From an uncultured delta proteobacterium (GTDB lineage Bacteria; Myxococcota_A; Polyangia; Polyangiales; B10-G4): a DNA stretch of 64,000 bases. The notes under the pieces were generated by a model. That model was not told where the DNA came from, made no database searches, and saw nothing but the letters and a program-made list of their open reading frames with translations. A program made the position numbers and the translations under genes. The stretch covers positions 256,001 through 320,000 of the forward strand of contig CAVSGI010000015.1 of NCBI GenBank assembly GCA_963727445.1, given 5' to 3'. Shown piece by piece: positions 59,569 through 64,000 of this stretch. The number at the start of each line of letters is the position of its first letter. The stretch's first letter is position 1.

Positions 59569-60480
59569 CTACTGGACGAAGTAGCGGAGGCTGAGCATCA
59601 GCTCGGTATTGTCCGTGTTTCCGACGTCCTGGCGGATGGCCATCTCCACCCCGAATTTCTGGTCCACGTAGCCGAGGCCCCCGGTGATGGAGTGGACGGC
59701 GCGCCCGCTGTCATAGCGGTAGCCGACCCGCAGGGGCACGATCCCGCCGGCCAGGAACTCCAGACCGCCACCGACCAGGGCCTCGGGGTTCACGAAAGAG
59801 GTGAGGTCAGCGAGGGCGTCGGCGCTGATGGTGAAGTAGTCGCCGATGAGGAGCGCGACGCTGCCGCCCGCCCGGAAGGGCGCGAGGAGACTTCCAATGT
59901 CGATGAAGTTCTGCGCGATCGCCGCGATACGCACGATGTCGAGGGACAGCGCGATGGAGCCATCCATCGTGAAGCCCTGTCCGACCGGTGCATCCTGGTC
60001 GACGCCCGCGGGCGCGTCGCCCTCGCGGCCGTAGGAGAGGTAACGGCCGCTGACGCCGATGGCGAGGGAATCGATGATGGGGAACGCGAGACCCACGCGG
60101 CCGTCCATGCCGGAGTAGCCCGAGCCATCGCCGCCCATGGTGCCGATGAAGGACATGCCGGCGGCGAGCTTGTTCGTCATCGAGTCGACGACGTTGCCGC
60201 CGAACGCCCAGCGCCCGTAAGCCGGGCTGAATTGGACCTGGCTCTCCACGTGGTAGAGGGGAGCCAGCGCCATCGCCGCGGGATTGTAAGCGAGGGCACT
60301 ACTCGACACCGCGGATGCGCGGGCGCCAGCGCCCAATGCGAGGCCGCGCGTCGTTTCGAGATCGGCGGCGTTGGTCTGGGCCGGATCGGTGAGTGGATCC
60401 TGGGCGTATGCTGTCGAGGTGAGGCACGAGAGCGCGAGTATCCACGCCACTGCCCAGGTCGTCTTCGTGCTTCCGCCCAC
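59569..60480 (-). CDS. Putative outer-membrane beta-barrel protein (PorV/FadL-like N-terminus)
   Basis: Signal AYA-Q; RGLALGAG..A....ALAYNPAAM; amphipathic strands; terminal LSLRYFVQ. Confidence 0.68.
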   Translation of the reverse strand: MGGSTKTTWAVAWILALSCLTSTAYAQDPLTDPAQTNAADLETTRGLALGAGARASAVSSSALAYNPAAMALAPLYHVESQVQFSPAYGRWAFGGNVVDSMTNKLAAGMSFIGTMGGDGSGYSGMDGRVGLAFPIIDSLAIGVSGRYLSYGREGDAPAGVDQDAPVGQGFTMDGSIALSLDIVRIAAIAQNFIDIGSLLAPFRAGGSVALLIGDYFTISADALADLTSFVNPEALVGGGLEFLAGGIVPLRVGYRYDSGRAVHSITGGLGYVDQKFGVEMAIRQDVGNTDNTELMLSLRYFVQ

Positions 60481-60599
60481 GTTCGCCCCTTCTTCAACGA
60501 CGCTCGCCCGCGTCGCCTTCCGCGTTTCTAGCAGGGGCCGCGTTGCCGTCCAAATTGTCGGCTCGATCGGAGGCCAGGATCGCGTTCGAGACGCCCCTC

Positions 60600-60854
60600 G
60601 ACGCCGAGCCCCCGATCGGCGTCACACAAACGTTGAATGAATCTTTCGCGATCACCGCGAGTTATAAATTAGTCGAAATCGATCCGTAGACGAACCGGGT
60701 CGAGCCTGTTAGACAATGCGTCCCGCGACGCAAAGACAGTGCTGTCGATTGAGGGACCGACAGCCCTCCACCGCGTCGACCAGACGATGATCCTCCCTGT
60801 GGATAGGTTGGGGATCAGGCGTGTAACTGCGTCTTTTCCAAGGGTAATTCGCGG
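60600..60854. other. dnaA upstream region with DnaA-box-like sites and an AT-rich patch (dnaA promoter and/or oriC)
   Basis: TGTGGATAG 60798-60806 (1 mismatch to TGTGGATAA); TGGGGATCA 60809-60817 (2 mismatches); AT-rich GTTATAAATTAG 60661-60672; 374-bp intergenic gap. Confidence 0.55.
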
Positions 60855-62210
60855 ATGAACGAGTTGTGGGAACGCGCGCTGAAGGATCTCGAGGATCAAC
60901 TCTCCCGAGAGAACTTCGACACATGGCTCGCGCCGGTGAAATGCGTGGGGATCGAGGGCGACACGGTGACCCTTCGAATTCCGAATCGGTTCTTTCAGGA
61001 TTGGCTGAGCGCGCACTACCTCGGCCACATCCTCGAGTCCCTTCATCGGGAGACCAACCGGGATGACCTGAAGGTGAGCTGGGAGATCGACGAGGATCTC
61101 CAGGCCCACGTCCCGGTTTCGGAGCCGGTCGCGCTCCCCACGCCCGAGCCCATCCGGAGCTCCGCGCCGGTGGCGGCAAAGTCCTCGGCCGATCTCAACC
61201 CGAAATACAGCTTCGACAACTTCGTCGTCGGGCCCAGCAACCAGCTCGCCCACGCGGCCAGCGTCGCGGCCGGCACCGAGCCCGGCAAGCGCTACAACCC
61301 GCTCTTCATCTACGGCGGCGTCGGTCTGGGCAAGACCCACCTGGTCAACGCCATCGGCCACCGGATCGTGCAGGACAACCCCGCCGCGCGGATCCTCTAC
61401 CTTTCTGCCGAGCGCTTCACCAACGAGTTCATCTGGGCGCTGCAGAACCATCGCATCAACGAGTTCCGCGAGCGCTATCGCCAGAACTGCGACGTCCTGT
61501 TGATGGACGACATCCAGTTCCTCGCCGGTCGCGAGCAGACGCAGGAAGAGTTCTTCCACACGTTCAACGCCCTCTATCACTCCGACCATCAGATCATCGT
61601 CACCTCCGACGTCTACCCGCAGCAGATCCCCGAGATGGAGGAGCGACTCGTCAGCCGCTTCCAGTCGGGCATGGTCGCGGACATCCAGGCGCCGGAGCTC
61701 GACACCCGCATCGCCATCCTCCAGAAGAAGGCCGAGCAGGAGGGCATCGCGCTCTCCCCGGACGTGGCCCTCTTCATCGCCCAGGTCGTGAAGAGCAACG
61801 TCCGCGAGCTCGAAGGCACCCTCATCCGCATCGCGGTCAAGGCCGAGCTCCTCAAGCGGGCGATCGATCTCGAGCTGGCCAAGGAGACGCTGCGCGCGGT
61901 GCTCCCGCCGCCCGATCACGCCACCAGCGTCGAAGACATCCAGCGCGCCGTCTGCGAGTACTTCAGCATCCGCCTGGCCGACCTCAAGAGCCACCGCCGC
62001 CATCGCGCCGTGAGCTTCCCTCGGATGGTCGCCATGTACCTGGCCCGCCAGCGCCTCGGCACAAGCTATCCCGAGCTCGGCGACCGCTTCGGCGGCAAGG
62101 ACCACACGACGGTCATCAACGCCGTCCGCAAGATCACCGGCCTGATCGAGGGCGACGACGAGCAGACGACGACGGCCCTGAACGCCATCGAGCGCAAGCT
62201 CGGGTTCTGA
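60855..62210 (+). CDS. dnaA: Chromosomal replication initiator DnaA
   Basis: LNPKYSFDNFVVG; YNPLFIYGGVGLGKTHL; DDIQFL; TQEEFFHTFN; NVRELEG; GGKDHTTV. Confidence 0.97.
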   Translation: MNELWERALKDLEDQLSRENFDTWLAPVKCVGIEGDTVTLRIPNRFFQDWLSAHYLGHILESLHRETNRDDLKVSWEIDEDLQAHVPVSEPVALPTPEPIRSSAPVAAKSSADLNPKYSFDNFVVGPSNQLAHAASVAAGTEPGKRYNPLFIYGGVGLGKTHLVNAIGHRIVQDNPAARILYLSAERFTNEFIWALQNHRINEFRERYRQNCDVLLMDDIQFLAGREQTQEEFFHTFNALYHSDHQIIVTSDVYPQQIPEMEERLVSRFQSGMVADIQAPELDTRIAILQKKAEQEGIALSPDVALFIAQVVKSNVRELEGTLIRIAVKAELLKRAIDLELAKETLRAVLPPPDHATSVEDIQRAVCEYFSIRLADLKSHRRHRAVSFPRMVAMYLARQRLGTSYPELGDRFGGKDHTTVINAVRKITGLIEGDDEQTTTALNAIERKLGF

Positions 62211-62282
62211 CAGCTCGTTCCGCTCGCGGCGTTTCGTGAAGAAGTGTGAGAGGAGGTTGTTCCTCCTCTCGAAGGGCCCATC

Positions 62283-63113
62283 TTGTCCGCCGTGGATCGG
62301 TGGCAGGGGCACGATGAGGAGGCGCATCTGGAGCATGTGCTCCATCCGCTCCCGGAGGGGCTCGCGCATCTCGACGGGACACGCATCGTCCAGGTCTCGG
62401 ACCTGCACGTCGGGCGTTACATGCGGGCCGAGCACTGGGCCGACCACATCGCGCGGATCAACGCGCTCCGTCCCGACCTGATCGTAATCACGGGTGACGC
62501 CATGGATTGGGCGCGGCGCTACGAGGACGATTACGTCGCGCCGCTGTCTCACCTCGACCCGCGCATCGCGACCCTGGCCATCCTCGGCAACCACGACTTC
62601 TACTTTGGCGACGCGCGCCTCGCGAGCGCCTACCGCGAGGCCTCGGAGGTCTTGCTGCTCCGCGGGGAAGTCTTCCGCAGCGACGCGCTGCCCGGACTCG
62701 TGATCTGGGGCATGGACGATCCGATGTCGGCGCTCACTCTGCCGTCGCGCTATCCGGCGCTCCGAGAGTGGGCGTCCTCCTCCCTCGATCCCCGTGAGTA
62801 CAACCTCCTGCTCTCCCATCGCCCGGACGCCTTCCGCTACGCGCCCGGCCTCGGCTTCGATCTGCAGCTCTCCGGCCACACCCACGGCGGGCAGATCGTC
62901 CTGACGGCGCCCTGGGGTCGAAGGATGCACATCGCGTCGTTTCTGGGCCGCTGGGATCAGGGACAATTCGATGCGAAGCAGGGAGCGCGGGTGAGTCGCC
63001 TCTACGTGAACCGCGGCCTGGGCTTCGCCGGCGTCCCCTATCGCCGCGACTGCCCGACGGAGATCACGATCCACACCCTGGTCGACGCTCGCCAGCGCGC
63101 CCACGCCGCCTGA
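62283..63113 (+). CDS. Calcineurin-like metallophosphoesterase (YkuE/YaeI-like)
   Basis: SDLH, TGD..D, LGNHD, LSHRP, SGHTHGGQ, VNRGLG; start may be GTG 62292. Confidence 0.9.
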   Translation: MSAVDRWQGHDEEAHLEHVLHPLPEGLAHLDGTRIVQVSDLHVGRYMRAEHWADHIARINALRPDLIVITGDAMDWARRYEDDYVAPLSHLDPRIATLAILGNHDFYFGDARLASAYREASEVLLLRGEVFRSDALPGLVIWGMDDPMSALTLPSRYPALREWASSSLDPREYNLLLSHRPDAFRYAPGLGFDLQLSGHTHGGQIVLTAPWGRRMHIASFLGRWDQGQFDAKQGARVSRLYVNRGLGFAGVPYRRDCPTEITIHTLVDARQRAHAA

Positions 63114-63160
63114 CCCTGTTCTCGGCCCTCCCGCCCGGGTCTTTTGGTAAAATTGGCGAC

Positions 63161-64000
63161 GTGCGGTCCCTCTTCGTGCTGTTCCTCGCCTTCGCGCTCG
63201 CGTGCGATGGAGGGGACGACACGAGCGACGCTGGTGCGGACGCGACACCGGATGCCGCCGCCGCCGACGGCGCGATGACGCCGACCGCGATGGCGCCCGA
63301 AGCTCCGGCGCTCCCCGATCTCTCACCCTGCTTCGAGGGCTTTCGGGAGGTGGTCGACGGCGACGGGGTGACGGTCTGCGAGCCCTGGCCGGAGTCGGGC
63401 CGCGCCAGCTGCGCCGACGGCGAAGCCCACTTCGTGGGACGGCCGGGCTGTGAGCGCATCGGCACCGCCTGTCCGAGCGGCGGCTTCGCCGAAGGCCTGC
63501 CTGCGGACGGCGTCTACTACGTCTCGCCGTCCGCCACAGGAGGCGATGGCTCCCTCGCTTCGCCCTTCGGCACCATCGACGAAGCCCTCGCCGCCGCGGC
63601 GGACGGCGACACCATCGCCCTCGGCGTCGGCACATTCCGTGGGGAGGTCGCGCTCGATCGGCCCATGCACCTTATCGGCGCATGCCCCACGGGGACGATC
63701 CTGACGAGCGACGCCCAGAGCGCGACCGCAGGCGTCGTGACGATCCGTGGCCCGGGCGCCGCGCTTCGAAACCTCCAGATCGCTTCGAGCGCGCGCAGCG
63801 CCATCTGGGTCGCCGGCGCCACGGCGACCGCCAGCGTCGAAGACGTCATCATCGAAGGAGTCACGATGATCGGCATCGACGTCGAGCTGGGGGCGACCGT
63901 CGACGTCACCCACGCCTCGATCGCGAACGTGGCCCTCTCCGACGTCGCACCCTTCACCGGCTACGTGGGCCGAGGGATCAACGTCGAGTCCGGATCGACC
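63161..64000 (+). CDS. Beta-helix lipoprotein, paralog 4 (runs off the window; absent from the ORF track)
   Basis: Manual translation VRSLFVLFLAFALA-CDGGDD...CEPW...GGDGSLASPFGTIDEALAAAADGDTIAL; open to 64000. Confidence 0.8.
   Translation, partial: MRSLFVLFLAFALACDGGDDTSDAGADATPDAAAADGAMTPTAMAPEAPALPDLSPCFEGFREVVDGDGVTVCEPWPESGRASCADGEAHFVGRPGCERIGTACPSGGFAEGLPADGVYYVSPSATGGDGSLASPFGTIDEALAAAADGDTIALGVGTFRGEVALDRPMHLIGACPTGTILTSDAQSATAGVVTIRGPGAALRNLQIASSARSAIWVAGATATASVEDVIIEGVTMIGIDVELGATVDVTHASIANVALSDVAPFTGYVGRGINVESGST

Noticed and set aside
60669..63635. 988-aa minus-strand ORF across dnaA
   Set aside because: Antisense to dnaA and the phosphoesterase; no recognisable domain

Overview
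Very GC-rich chromosomal segment, most likely from a myxobacterium (Myxococcota, Polyangiales/Sandaracinaceae-like). This is inferred from two MYXO-CTERM-like sorting tails, a DUF1592/DUF1552 pair, a Ser/Thr kinase with TM-PEGA, TPR proteins and many Cys-rich, Asp/Gly-rich lipoproteins. About 50 genes are supportable. Housekeeping genes: rpsU, chaC, PPi-type phosphofructokinase, wcaJ-like phosphoglycosyl transferase, thiolase, MaoC hydratase, LeuA-family synthase, rimK, ECF sigma/anti-sigma and dnaA. No rRNA, tRNA, CRISPR array or mobile element was recognised. Main observations: (1) rimK is translationally coupled to a DUF1704/MATCAP-like HExxxH carboxypeptidase, a candidate glutamylation writer/eraser pair; (2) a TANNNT -10 box sits 6-9 nt before the start codon of at least 13 genes, suggesting widespread leaderless transcription; (3) a TPR-membrane-protein/lipoprotein coupled cassette occurs twice; (4) dnaA lacks its usual dnaN/rpmH neighbours; (5) two frameshifts share the same local signature, one creating an apparent fused permease; (6) four paralogous beta-helix lipoproteins. 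All family assignments come from motif recognition by eye, not database searches.
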